Source: Octopus sinensis
Taxonomy: Eukaryota
DNA length: 64,000 nucleotides
Assembly: GCF_006345805.1 (NCBI RefSeq)
Contig: NC_043005.1
Span: forward strand, 101,556,001 to 101,620,000
Direction of reading: 5' to 3'
Below are positions 1 to 10,998 of the stretch, piece after piece (the stretch's first letter is position 1; each line of letters begins with the position of its first letter). Below the pieces are notes generated by a model. That model searched no databases. It saw only the letters and a list, made by a program, of their open reading frames with translations, and had not been told where the DNA came from. Both the position numbers and the translations under genes were made by a program.

Positions 1-67
<67 letters not shown>
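1..67. repeat. (TTA)n microsatellite at the 3' end of the Dong-like element
   Basis: Pure TAT/TTA repeat running to the window edge. Confidence 0.98.
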
Positions 68-70
<3 letters not shown>

Positions 71-164
71 TAGTTTTATTTTTATAGCGTGCTTTCACTT
101 CACTACCGAGCGCAGCTCTGTGTGCCTTGGGTATGTGCTGTGATTTGTTGTGATGCTCTGATGG

Positions 165-980
165 TTATTGTATGGAAAGTGTTCTGCGTAGGATGTGTGC
201 AGTGCCTAGTAGTGCAATTTTCTGTATGTTATATGTGTTTGTAAGTCCTGGTGTTTTTGTTATGTATTTGTCTGAATAATTTTTTATCATGCCTAATGCA
301 CCTACTATGATAGGAATTGTTTCCGTTTTCAGGTTCCACATTCTAGTTATCTCTATTTCCAGGTCTTTGTATTTTGAGAGTTTCTCTATTTCTTTTAGAG
401 ACACGTTGTCATCTGCCGGTATTGATACATCAATTAGAAAGCATTTTTTTTCTTCATGGTCTCTGACAACTATATCTGGTCTGTTGGTCTTAATTTCTCT
501 ATCTGTGTGTATCGGCATATCCCAGAGTATGGTTGCTTTCTCGTTTTCTGTGACCTTTTCTGGTGTGTGCCTATACCATCTTTTTTCTGTTGTTATTCCA
601 TAATGTTGGCATAGCTTCCAATGTATGTAGGTTCCAACTCTGTCATGTCTGTGAATATATTCCTTCTTAGCCAGGACTGGGCAGCTAGAGATAATATGAT
701 TTATTGTTTCTTGTCCATCTCCACATATTCTGCAGTTACTTGTAATATTTCTTTTCATTACATGTTTTTGGTAATTTCTGGTGGGGAGGCTTTGGTCTTG
801 TGCTGCAATTAAAAATCCCTCTGTTTCTGCTTTGAGTCCTGAGCTTCTCAACCATTGCTGGGATTTTTCTTTGTCTATTTCTTTTGCGTTTAGTTTAGTC
901 CAGTATTTACCATGAAGGGGCTTTTCTTGCCATCGTTTTATCATGGTTCGTTGTTGTTCTATTTTTAGTTTGGATTTCAT
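165..980 (-). CDS. C-terminal zinc finger + restriction-like endonuclease part of the Dong-like ORF (not an independent gene)
   Basis: 271-aa ORF with C-x2-C-x8-H-x4-C, RHD and PD..D..K motifs; the frame stays open upstream of the Met, and RT segments further upstream are frameshifted. Confidence 0.85.
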   Translation of the reverse strand: MKSKLKIEQQRTMIKRWQEKPLHGKYWTKLNAKEIDKEKSQQWLRSSGLKAETEGFLIAAQDQSLPTRNYQKHVMKRNITSNCRICGDGQETINHIISSCPVLAKKEYIHRHDRVGTYIHWKLCQHYGITTEKRWYRHTPEKVTENEKATILWDMPIHTDREIKTNRPDIVVRDHEEKKCFLIDVSIPADDNVSLKEIEKLSKYKDLEIEITRMWNLKTETIPIIVGALGMIKNYSDKYITKTPGLTNTYNIQKIALLGTAHILRRTLSIQ

Positions 981-1011
981 TTGTTTTATAGCTTTTGTTG
1001 TTTCTTCATCA

Positions 1012-1083
1012 TCTTCTTCTTCTTCTTCTTCTTCTTCTTCTTCTTCTTCTTCTTCTTCTTCTTCTTCTTCTTCTTCTTCTTCT
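1012..1083. repeat. (TTC)n tract inside the Dong-like ORF, in-frame poly-Glu on the minus strand
   Basis: About 23 GAA codons between ...PPNKHK and DDEETTKAIKQMKSK. Confidence 0.9.
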
Positions 1084-2258
1084 TTGTGTTTATTTGGTGG
1101 TATGATTTCTTGTTTGTATTTGTCAGCTTCCTTAAATACTGAGAACAGTTTTTTGTTTTGCTCGTGTTTTGCTGCTATCTGGATCAGTTTTCCTTCCTTC
1201 TGAAGTAGGTATTTTTGCAGTCCTATGATGGTTATTTTATAGTAGTTTTCCAGCTGTATAAGCCTCTACCACCTTCTATACGTTGTATATATAGTCTTTC
1301 TATGTCAGATTTTGGGTGATGCATCCTAGATCCTGTCAGTATTTTTCTTGTTTTCCTATCTATTTTGGACAGTTCATTTCGTGTCCAGTTAAGGATATTG
1401 TAGCTGTAACTTATAACTGGGACAGCTAAAGTGTTGATACATATTATCTTGTTTTAGCATTGAGCTCTGTTTTTAGTATTGATCTAACTCGTCTATAATA
1501 TTCTTTTTTTATTTTCTCTTTCATTTGTGTGTGTTGTGTCTTATCTAGTTCATGGATTCCTAAGTATTTGTAAGTTTGGCTTTGGTCTAATTCTTTTATT
1601 TCATTGGTTTTATCTAGTGTGATGTTGTTACTCTTAACTAGTTTTCCTCTTTTCATGGTTACTTTGGCGCATTTTTCTAATCCAATTTCATATCTATTTC
1701 TTTGTGGTAAATCCATGAACTGTCTTTAGTAGTGTTTCCAGCTGTTTGTCATTTGCAGCGTATTTTTTAGGTCATCCATATAAAAAGGTGGCTGATCGTT
1801 TTGCCGTAACATTTATATCCGCATCCAGTTCTATTTAGCATATCAGATAGAGGTGACAGTGCCAAGCAGAAAAGGAGTGGAGAGAGCGTGTCTCCCTGAA
1901 TATTCCTCTTCTAATGGGGATGTCTTTGGTTTTCATGAGTCCCTCTTTTGTTTGGAGGTGTAGGACTGTTTGCCATTTATTCATAGAGTGCTCTATGAAT
2001 TTTATGATTGTTGGAGCTACTTTGTTAATGGCTAGTGTTTCGAGGATCCATGTGTGGGGGATGCTATCAAACGCCTTTTTGTAGTCAATCCAGGCCATAC
2101 TGAGGCCTTTCTTCTTTCTTTGTGGCTGTCTTCAGTTACGGCTTTATTAATCATTAGTTGATCTTTACAGCCATATGAGCCCTTGCGGCATCCTTTCTGC
2201 TCTTCTGGGAACAGTTTGTTTTCGTCCAGGTGCTTGTGCAGCCTTTGCGATATCACTG

Positions 2259-2260
<2 letters not shown>

Positions 2261-2325
<65 letters not shown>

Positions 2326-2385
2326 GTTATTGTTATTATTATTATCATTATTATTATTATTATTATTATTATTGTTATTATTATT
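2261..2385. repeat. (TTA)n spacer between two Dong-like copies
   Basis: Direct reading. Confidence 0.97.
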
Positions 2386-2602
2386 CAGTAGTTTTATTTT
2401 TATTTTTATAGCGTGCTTTCACTTCACTACCGAGCGCAGCTCTGTGTGCCTTGGGTATGTGCTGTGATTTGTTGTGATGCTCTGATGGTTATTGTATGGA
2501 AAGTGTTCTGCGTAGGATGTGTGCAGTGCCTAGTAGTGCAATTTTCTGTATGTTATATGTGTTTGTAAGTCCTGGTGTTTTTGTTATGTATTTGTCTGAA
2601 TA
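2386..2602 (-). mobile_element. Second, ~215-bp 3'-terminal copy of the same Dong-like family
   Basis: Near-identical to 68-280 (cagtagttttatt...gtatttgtctgaata); followed by (TTA/TCA)n to ~2820. Confidence 0.95.
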
Positions 2603-2614
2603 TTTTTATTGTTA

Positions 2615-2656
<42 letters not shown>

Positions 2657-2663
2657 ATTATTA

Positions 2664-2707
<44 letters not shown>

Positions 2708-2713
2708 GTTATT

Positions 2714-2745
<32 letters not shown>

Positions 2746-2774
2746 CATTATTATTATTATCATTATTATTATTA

Positions 2775-2821
<47 letters not shown>

Positions 2822-3644
2822 TTTTGGTATGCAAGCCGGCGTGGCTCGCTCTGAGCGCTCTAATTTTTTCTCAGTGAACGTCTGATCGCACGGCGTAATT
2901 TTTAAAAGTTAAATTTCTTGCTTCAAGCCACATAGCTATGAATAGACGGAAACTGGAAACCAGAAGATGGCCGGGTATTATGTACGTTTAATTCAAACAC
3001 CCAGTCTTCTTTCACTGTGTCACGCTAATTCAGTCTGAGAAATCTGTTAAGAGCACAGGTCTCTGCCGAATACTCAGACAATTTTCACACTAATTCAATA
3101 AATGATGGTTCCCTTGATGGAACGACTGAGCACTCATACTTTGAAATAACTGGAGGCCTTATCATACGATTCTATGTTTAAGTGAAAATGTACACATTTC
3201 GGTGACATACTAAATCATAGGCGAATGCCAGGTCTTCCGGTGATCTGTCGGCCATACAATGCCACGTCGTAGAAATCATTATTCTCAAGCGTGGTCGATG
3301 CAAACGGAAATCATGTGTACGGAAGCAAGTAAAGTGAAATGATTCACCCGGAAATCAGACCAATGGGAAGTCTTTACGTGGTCATGCCTCACGTTAGAAA
3401 TAGCGGTCACGTTATCTATAAATCTCATTCTACAATGGTTAAAATATGGCATCTAAGATTACACTGAATAATTTAGAATTAGATGGATGGTGATTGAATA
3501 GGAAACACGGGATAATTACAGATAGTTCCGCTTTGGTGCTAGGTTTGTCGAAGCCAACCTTAGGTTGTGAGGTGGCAACAGGAATCTAAGCAGTCGCTAG
3601 TTTACGTTTGTGTGTTTAAGCCCATGCATATGCCTATATATGTG

Positions 3645-3830
3645 AAGGTGCATGGCTTAGTGGTTAGGGTATTCGGCTCGTCATAACAATTTCGTGAGTT
3701 CATTTCTTGGTGACGCGTTGTGTAAGACATTTTATTTTCACGTTGCTCCAGTCCACTCAGCTGGCAAAAAGGAGGAGTACCTGTATTTCAAAGGGCCAAC
3801 CTTGTAACACTCTGTGTCACGTTGAATCTC
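3645..3830 (+). mobile_element. Degenerate tRNA-derived SINE (family S3)
   Basis: Head tggcttagtggttagggt; body ttattttcacgttgctccagtccactcagctgg shared with 9597-9891 and 40640-40810. Confidence 0.75.
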
Positions 3831-3875
3831 CTTGCCGACTAAATGTGGCTGAATAAGTTTTCATCACTAGCGGGT

Positions 3876-3930
3876 GATTATCACACACTGAAGACGGGTA
3901 ACTACCCAGAAATCTGGGTCTGTGTGTGTC
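3876..3930 (+). ncRNA. Extended type I hammerhead ribozyme motif
   Basis: Stem I CACACA(3882-87)/UGUGUG(3921-26); core CUGAAGA(3888-94); stem II GGGU-AACU-ACCC with a C.A closing mismatch; GAAA(3909-12); stem III AUC-UG-GGU; GUC cleavage triplet ending at 3920; UAU/U internal loop then GAU/GUC. Confidence 0.75.
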
Positions 3931-4141
3931 TTGTAAAGCTAGAGATGGGAGTGATGACTTCCCCTCGCAAATACGAATCGGAACAGACAGTGTGCCGTTA
4001 ACCAGCTGGAAGAGATGTCTTCGTGGGGCTAAAAACAACAGAAATATCGTCCTCTATGGGACTAACACATTTGGTTGGCAAATATATTTTACGATTCCGT
4101 ACAGTTACCGATTACCTCTCGATCAGAAATTTAATATAGCC

Positions 4142-4211
<70 letters not shown>

Positions 4212-4212
<1 letters not shown>

Positions 4213-4445
4213 TTCGTTTTTGGATTGGTTTGCAAGATTCTTTATACGAGTTCGTGTGTTGAAGCATATTCTGTTGTGTCTGGGCAGAGTCATTTTCTTT
4301 TTGTGCCTTATAATTTTACACACAAATTGATAAGGTTGCAAGACGCAACGAAATTTTAGGAAAACAAAAATAAGGAATAGGTTGAAATTTTACCGGTGAG
4401 TGTGTTAAATTATAAGAAATTGACTCTCCCCAGACACAACAAGAT
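4212..4445. mobile_element. AT-rich fold-back element, copy 1 (left arm partly deleted)
   Basis: ctgttgtgtctgggcagagtca...ttataattttacacac is inverted as gtgtgttaaattataag...tgactctccccagacacaac; homologous to 26780-27096; abuts (TA)n. Confidence 0.65.
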
Positions 4446-4717
4446 ATATATACTAATAATATAGGATGAAGGTTTTTTACAGAAAAAACTTTCATCAGAA
4501 AAGTGGCAGCATATTAAAATACTTTTAAGATAAAATTATTCAAGGTGATATAAGTTGTATATATATATATATATATATATATACCTACATATGCATACAC
4601 ACAGACACACATGCGCCTCCACACATACACTCATACATACGTACATACATACACGTATACACATACACAAAAACGCATATACGAAAGCACAGAACATGCA
4701 TACTTGTACAAAGCATA

Positions 4718-4938
4718 TACAAGGGAGTGATGAAAAGTTCTTGACTTTTAAGGCATCGCCAAAGGCCCAGTTAGAGACCCAGCCGTCCTAGTTCTTTTAC
4801 GGGGCTTAGAAAAACTGAAGGACCGCTGCAATAAGCATGAGAATCTGAGAGGTGAATATGTTGAATAAAAGCATAATGAACTGATCGTCCAGCATTTTGA
4901 TTTACCCAAAGCCAGGAACGTTTCAGCACCCACTCGTA
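4718..4938 (+). mobile_element. Internally deleted mariner (MITE-like)
   Basis: TIRs tacaagggagtgatgaaaagttcttgacttt / aaagccaggaacgtttcagcacccactcgta with TA ends; internal FLRGLEKLKDRCNKHENLRGEYVE* resembles a mariner transposase C-terminus. Confidence 0.85.
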
Positions 4939-4959
4939 CGGTCATTCTTCTACACACAC

Positions 4960-4989
4960 ACACACACACGCCGTTTTCTCTGTCTTCAC

Positions 4990-5020
<31 letters not shown>

Positions 5021-5154
5021 TGTGTGTATGTATGTATGTATGCATGTATGTATGTATATATGTGTGTATGTATGTATGTATGTATGTATGTATGTATGTA
5101 TGTATGTATATATGTGTATATGTATGTATGCATGTATGTATGTATATATGTATG

Positions 5155-5190
<36 letters not shown>

Positions 5191-5230
5191 TATATATATA
5201 TATATATATATATTGTGTGTGTGTAGACAA
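4960..5230. repeat. Compound (CA)n/(TATG)n/(TA)n microsatellite
   Basis: Direct reading; source of several spurious ORFs. Confidence 0.95.
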
Positions 5231-5679
5231 ACACACTCATGCATATAGGCAGGCACGCACATCGGAACAAAAGACATTTCCGCAGACATCCACGGTTCCA
5301 TGTTAACCTGTTAAGAATCTACTCTTTGTTCTCCGAGTCAGGCAGGGCCAACCCATAGTTGTACATCAATTCATCAACCATGTGACTTCAGGCTATTGGC
5401 TCATTGCTGACGGCGCGTTGTCACGTGGTGTCAGCAAAGTGTTACGAAGCCAACAATAATCGTTTCAGCAACCACAAGACGCGTCTCCAGAGAATCTTGG
5501 CTGGCGGTGCTTCTCAAAGTAGCAGAGCTGAACCAATTCTTGCTTTCTATTTTAATGTCTTTGTTAAGAATTTTCCGTCAATATCTGGTGATGTTGTGCC
5601 AGTCGAACCCTCTTCTCAAGGTCCTGCAGCATCCCACGCTATTACAATATGATAAACAGATTACCTGCCCCATCCATTC

Positions 5680-5845
<166 letters not shown>

Positions 5846-6033
5846 TCGCTATCATTTTGTCATTCTTTTCTATACTACCACTCACACTCTATCATACTAC
5901 ATACTACATTTATCCTACATCCAGAAACACAGACGCAAATAGGTATACACAGGCGCACTCACACCTCATAATGACTTAGCTGTAAAACGCACTCCACACA
6001 CAGGTGCTTTCGGTATGTGTGTACAGACACGTG

Positions 6034-6081
<48 letters not shown>

Positions 6082-6130
6082 TATCTATCTATATATATAT
6101 CTTATATATATATATATAATATATATATAT

Positions 6131-6161
<31 letters not shown>

Positions 6162-6170
6162 CATATATAT

Positions 6171-6358
6171 AACGGGAAGGTTTACGAAAATAAACAAAAG
6201 ACGAAGGCACGTGGAGTACAAACAAACAATGTATTAGTATGGCGCTCAGAAATAGAAATAAAACAAGTCTTTTACGTTTCGAGCCTATGCTCTTCGACAG
6301 AAAGATACACAGAAAAGAAACAAGGAGAGAAAAAAATGCGTGTAGGGGCTAACGATCC
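6171..6358 (-). mobile_element. Family B ~185-bp element carrying a minimal HHR-like motif (6268-6305)
   Basis: Minus strand: UCUUU CUGUCGA A GAGC-AUAG-GCUC GAAA CG UA AAAGA; homologous to 42905-43076, 50050-50230 and 61231-61371; 3' end abuts (TA)n. Confidence 0.75.
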
Positions 6359-6439
6359 AACATGGATGCACGTATATGTATACATGCATACATTCATATA
6401 TATCTACTTACATACATACATGCATTGCAGATCGAACTA

Positions 6440-6474
<35 letters not shown>

Positions 6475-6765
6475 CCTGCACTCTTCCCTCGTCTACTATC
6501 AAAGCCCCTCTCTCTCTGTTATCCAAGCCCCTCTTCCGGTATTATCAGAAACCGCCTTCCCGCCAATTTCCCGTTCATGTAAATATGTATGTATGTATGT
6601 GCGTGTGTGTGTTTGTGTGTGTGTGTGTGTGGGGGGGTTCGAGTGTGTATTGATCCTGCGACCCTTCTTACCAATTTGTTTCTCGCATCATTTTAACATT
6701 CAGCTAAAGATCATCATATTAACCCTTTACTTTTCCTGGAACGTCATTTTCCTCTTTCTTTCTTC

Positions 6766-6808
<43 letters not shown>

Positions 6809-6813
6809 GCTTC

Positions 6814-6844
<31 letters not shown>

Positions 6845-6877
6845 TCCACACACGGTGGAAAATATTATACACCCAGT

Positions 6878-7180
6878 GAAAAATATATAAATTCTATTGA
6901 AACAAGATTCTGAAGACAAATGTGTGATAAAACTGGAACCCTAACTCAGAACTGAACTACATACATTGAGAAATAACTTACACAGAAAAATATATAAATT
7001 CTATTGAAAAAAGATTCCGAAGAAAAAATGTCTTCTAAATCCCGAAGTAGGATTTGAACTAACACAGAACTGAATTACACACAATGAAAAATATATAAAT
7101 TCTATTGAAGAAAGATTCTGAACAAAAATTGTCTTTTAAAACTGGAACTCTAACACAGAAGTGAATTACACAAAGTGAAA
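6878..7180. repeat. Three diverged ~91-107-bp tandem units
   Basis: Anchor gaaaaatatataaattctattgaa at 6878, 6985 and 7086; partial fourth unit at 7177. Confidence 0.85.
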
Positions 7181-7301
7181 AATAATGTAAATCCGTTTGT
7201 AGGATTTCTGTCAGGTAGCTACGTGTTAGTAGCGCTACCGGTAAACTGGTACAACCTGCGGCATTCTGAAGAGAAAAATAATTTTGTATAGAAGAAAAAA
7301 T

Positions 7302-7353
<52 letters not shown>

Positions 7354-7599
7354 GTCCGTGTGAAGGATTTAATTCAGGTCGTTATATAGTAACGCAATCG
7401 GAAAACAATGTAGACTGGTACTACTTGCGGCATACTGAAGAGAGAAATAATTCTCTGTGGAAGAAAAAGAAATGAAAACAAAAAGAAAATAGTGATGAGA
7501 GGAAAACATCTCAAAGGGAGGAGGAGTTGTGGTGGACATCCCCAAGTGAGAAGTGGGCTGTTTTACTACTGGTAAATAGAGGACAAACACAGCAAACGG

Positions 7600-9137
7600 T
7601 GTCAGTCAGCGAGATTATTCTGTTAGAGTTAAATCATTTTTGATTCCAGTTGACGTAAGTCGTATTGTGCTTTGTTATATACTTACTGAAGGGTCTCCCG
7701 CGAGGGTGAACCTATGATTTAAATTGTTGAATTTGTAAAATACCGTTATTGTTTTTGCCTGCGGGCTTGTGATTTTTGTGTTTATCTTCTTCCCTATTTG
7801 GGGCGAAAGGAAAAAAAAAGAGAAAATGGGTTGCAAACCAGTTCCAGCAGATGCCGGGGATTATGCTTCAGCGGCAGGTACAACTACAGATACGCTAGAA
7901 GTAGTGACATCAAAATTGAGCAGAAGAAACTGAAAGAGTATAGCAGGTTGATTCAGAAGAAGGGAACCAGTTTAAGGCTGACCCCGCTAGAAGTGACAAT
8001 CAGTACAATGAAATAGTGGTTTACAGAACACCTGTCTACAACAACCAAGAACATAGAAATAGCCACGGTAGAAGCGATAGAAGAATGTCTTAAGGAGATA
8101 AAGAACCTAACAACATTCTACATAAGAGCCAGAAAATACGGCACAGTGGAGGTGAGGTTTGCCAACGAACGGGAGGCAATAAATCACCCCGCTGTGACGC
8201 TCAGGACGAAAGAATGGGTATTTTTGCCAACCTGCTGTGGCAAAGGGTTCGCCAGACTAGAATAGGCAGGGTACCACCGGAAATCAAAGAAGCGTGTCTG
8301 GTGGCAGCCGTAATGCACAAAACCAAGGAGGACACCAAAATTTTAAGGGTGACAAGGACAAGGAAGGTAGATTGGTGGGGATGTGACTTAGAAGTGGTCA
8401 TTCGGGTTGGACAAAAAGATTTGAACGAAATCGTTGAAGGGATGATTCTGCCGGAAGACGTGGGGTTTGAGAGTGGTTGTGTAGGGGAGATCACAAACTT
8501 GTTATCAATGTGGAGAGAGGGGACACATGAGAATGAGGTTTCCCCTGAGAGATAGTAGAGGTGAAGAAGGCCAAAAGGAGCAGGGTGCCGAATTGGCGGC
8601 TCTGGAAAGTGAGAAATGCAAGAAGGAAACATTTATGGAAGTGAACAGAAGAAAAAGAAAAGAATTTGTGAACTCATCTCCGAAGAGTCCAAAAAAGAAA
8701 AAGAGTGAAATGAACGTCTCCACCAGCATCACCAACAAAAGGAAACCTACTCAGACAACCCAAGTTCATGGCAGAAACAAACAGTTAAAAAGCCCAGGAA
8801 AAATAAATGGTATAAGGTAACATATACAAAAAGTACGGCGATAGGAAGGAAAATTACCAAATTCAAATCGGTAATTAGATCAAAAGCACTAGCGGAGCTT
8901 TACACAGAAAATACAAAAGGCATAGTAATAGACCAAGAGAGGTATGGAAAATTAAAAGAATGGTTTGGAACCAACATAGACCCATTGGGAGTGGAGGCAG
9001 AGTTCGACGACCTACCGCCTGTTGTAGATTATGTAGATTTGAACTTGTAAAGCGTGAGTAAGCTTTTAACATTCTATTAAAATAGACTACACATACGATA
9101 CTAAAAGGAAAAAAAATAGAGAAAAAATAGAAAAAAA
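7600..9137 (+). mobile_element. Degenerate ORF1-only L1/Tx1-like non-LTR element with A-rich tail
   Basis: Frameshifted coding-like stretch (RKYGTVEVRFANEREAI; RIGRVPPEI; RVVV*GRSQT) with zinc knuckle CYQCGERGHMRMR(F) at 8500-8541, the last Cys being TGT>TTT. Charged C-terminus ends ...VDYVDLNL* at 9050, then a short UTR and an A-rich tail at 9103-9137. The 5' boundary is approximate. Confidence 0.6.
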
Positions 9138-9596
9138 TTGATATCATAAACTTGCTATTGAAACACTTAAATGGTGCTGCTTGAGAGTGGGGTTCAAGCA
9201 GCCATTACATCCTCATTAATTATCATTCGTCTCTCAGTCATTCGTTTTATGTTCTTTGTCTCCACTGTGGTCTTCTGTCAGTTCTTGTATCAAGTGGTCT
9301 TCTGTCTGTCCTCTGTATCATGGCCTATGTGCCAAATAAAGAAACATAGTCAGCGAGGTTCGCTGTTCGGGCTAGTCACGCAGACGACGAAGTTACGTCG
9401 TCATAATGCGGGAAGTATCAGTAAATTTAATCCTTCTCTTCAAACACACCAGATTTATGATAAACATTATTTTATTTCAGTTTGTTCGATGTGAAGCTAA
9501 TATTCCCCAAGGACTAGTCGCTTTTCTGTTAAAGGTAATTTCTCTCAACACGAAAGACATCTATTCCTGACTTCTCTATCAAATAAAAGCAAGTGT

Positions 9597-9891
9597 GAGT
9601 TACCCTCCCAGACACAAGTCCGGGCAAGGTTGTTTATGGAAGACCAGCAGTCGCCCCTGCATACCGGTCTCTCCTCTCCACGCCACCAGTGTTATCCAAG
9701 GGAAAGGCAAAGGGGCCGATACAGCTTGGCACCTGTGACGTCGCAACTCATATCTACAGCTGAGTGGACTGGAGCATCACGAAATAAAGTGTCTTGCTCA
9801 AGAACACAACCCACAGCTCGGTCTGGGATTCGAACTCACAACCTCACGATCGTAAGCTCGACGCTCTAACCACTGAGCCATGCGTCTTCAC
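9597..9891 (-). mobile_element. tRNA-derived SINE (family S3)
   Basis: A box tggctcagtgg, B box gagttcgaatcc, cttgagcaagacactt body, tail ccataaacaaccttgcccggacttg. Confidence 0.9.
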
Positions 9892-9899
9892 GTCAGTAT

Positions 9900-10235
9900 A
9901 ACATAGGATATTACCACAGAATAGTTTCACAGTGTGTTACCCCAGGGTGCTAAGACACGATACTAACATGGGATACTACCACAGACTATTATCTTTGCGT
10001 ATTATCATAAGGGTACTATAGCAATGTGCTATCAAGGGTGCTATGACAGGGTACTATAGCAATGTGCTATCAAGGGTGCTATGACAGGGTACTATGACTG
10101 TGTATTCCTCAGAGAATTACAATTTGGTATTATCACATAGAATCCTGCTGTCACAGGATTCTATGACATGGTGCTAAGACAGGGTACCGTCAAAGGGTAC
10201 CCTGTCTAATAGACTACACCCACAGGATGCTATGA
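9900..10235. repeat. Degenerate 12-13-bp minisatellite with an exact 38-bp higher-order duplication
   Basis: Units like GGGTRCTATGACA; 10011-10048 is identical to 10049-10086. Confidence 0.8.
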
Positions 10236-10532
10236 CGGTAGAAAAAGTAGTCAGCGAGGGAGACGCTGCATAGTCGCTGGACTTATTAGAAAGAGTAGTC
10301 AAATATCGTTCAAATCATTCCAACCGCCATGAAAAAAATATATATAGACGCGTTGGATAATGTAGAACTGGGCTCGGCGTACACAGGAAAATGGAGGGAT
10401 GTCATATCTGGAATGTCTTTCGTTATAGGTTCATTCAATCAGCTATGGCTTGGGGTTAAACAACAACCTACAATGAAACATAACTATCCTAAATGAAAGA
10501 CCGTCTTGATATATGTGTGTGTGTATGTGTGT

Positions 10533-10631
<99 letters not shown>

Positions 10632-10953
10632 ATCAAAAAGCAAGAGCCACAGGCCCCGTCATTGTGCTTTTTATCTCCCCTAAACATCTAAACATATGTT
10701 TAACAGTCCAGAATAGTAGTAAAACATCGTCGCTTTACTGTCAATCTCCCACTCTCACTCAGACCAGATAAATATACGCACTGCAGCAGCAGTAGCAACA
10801 ACAACCACACCAGCAACAGTAATAGCAGCAGCAATAACCTTATTAGTCTTTAATGTGATGTAACACACCACAAGAGATAGGCGGGGAACAACAACAACAA
10901 GCGGTTTGGCATATATATATATACATACATATATATATATACATATATATATA

Positions 10954-10998
<45 letters not shown>

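Larger units (their letters stand above)
68..2260 (-). mobile_element. 5'-truncated R4/Dong-like (restriction-like endonuclease) non-LTR retrotransposon, frameshifted
   Basis: Minus-strand pieces give RT motifs (QKGCRKGSYGCKDQL; WIDYKKAFDSIPH; RRGIF; LFYMDDLK; GLEKCAK; YKYLG), then a zinc finger (CRICGDGQETINHIISSC), RHD, RPDIVV, D..KLSKYKDL and GTAHILRRTL, a ~95-nt 3' UTR and a (TAA)n tail. Flanked by (TTA)n on both sides. Confidence 0.93.

Noticed and set aside
2175-2854. Poly-Tyr, poly-Leu, poly-Ile and poly-Asn ORFs (also 21.4, 45.6-46.9 and 57.6 kb)
   Set aside because: Trinucleotide microsatellites.
4942-5306. Long ORFs of YI/CV/HT/MYVC repeats here and at 10.9, 13.8, 23.3, 33.5-35.8, 43.9, 47.4 and 63.6 kb
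   Set aside because: Translations of di- and tetranucleotide microsatellites that lack stop codons.
5300-5650. Possible ancient RTE LINE fragment (LNKDIKIESK-like), and similar at 22750-23250
   Set aside because: Too degenerate to call by eye; needs a profile search.
7436-7465. CUGAAGA followed by a GAGAA/UUCUC stem
   Set aside because: GAAA, stem III and stem I are missing.
9900-10235. CRISPR-like periodicity
   Set aside because: No constant repeat with unique spacers; eukaryotic context and no cas genes.
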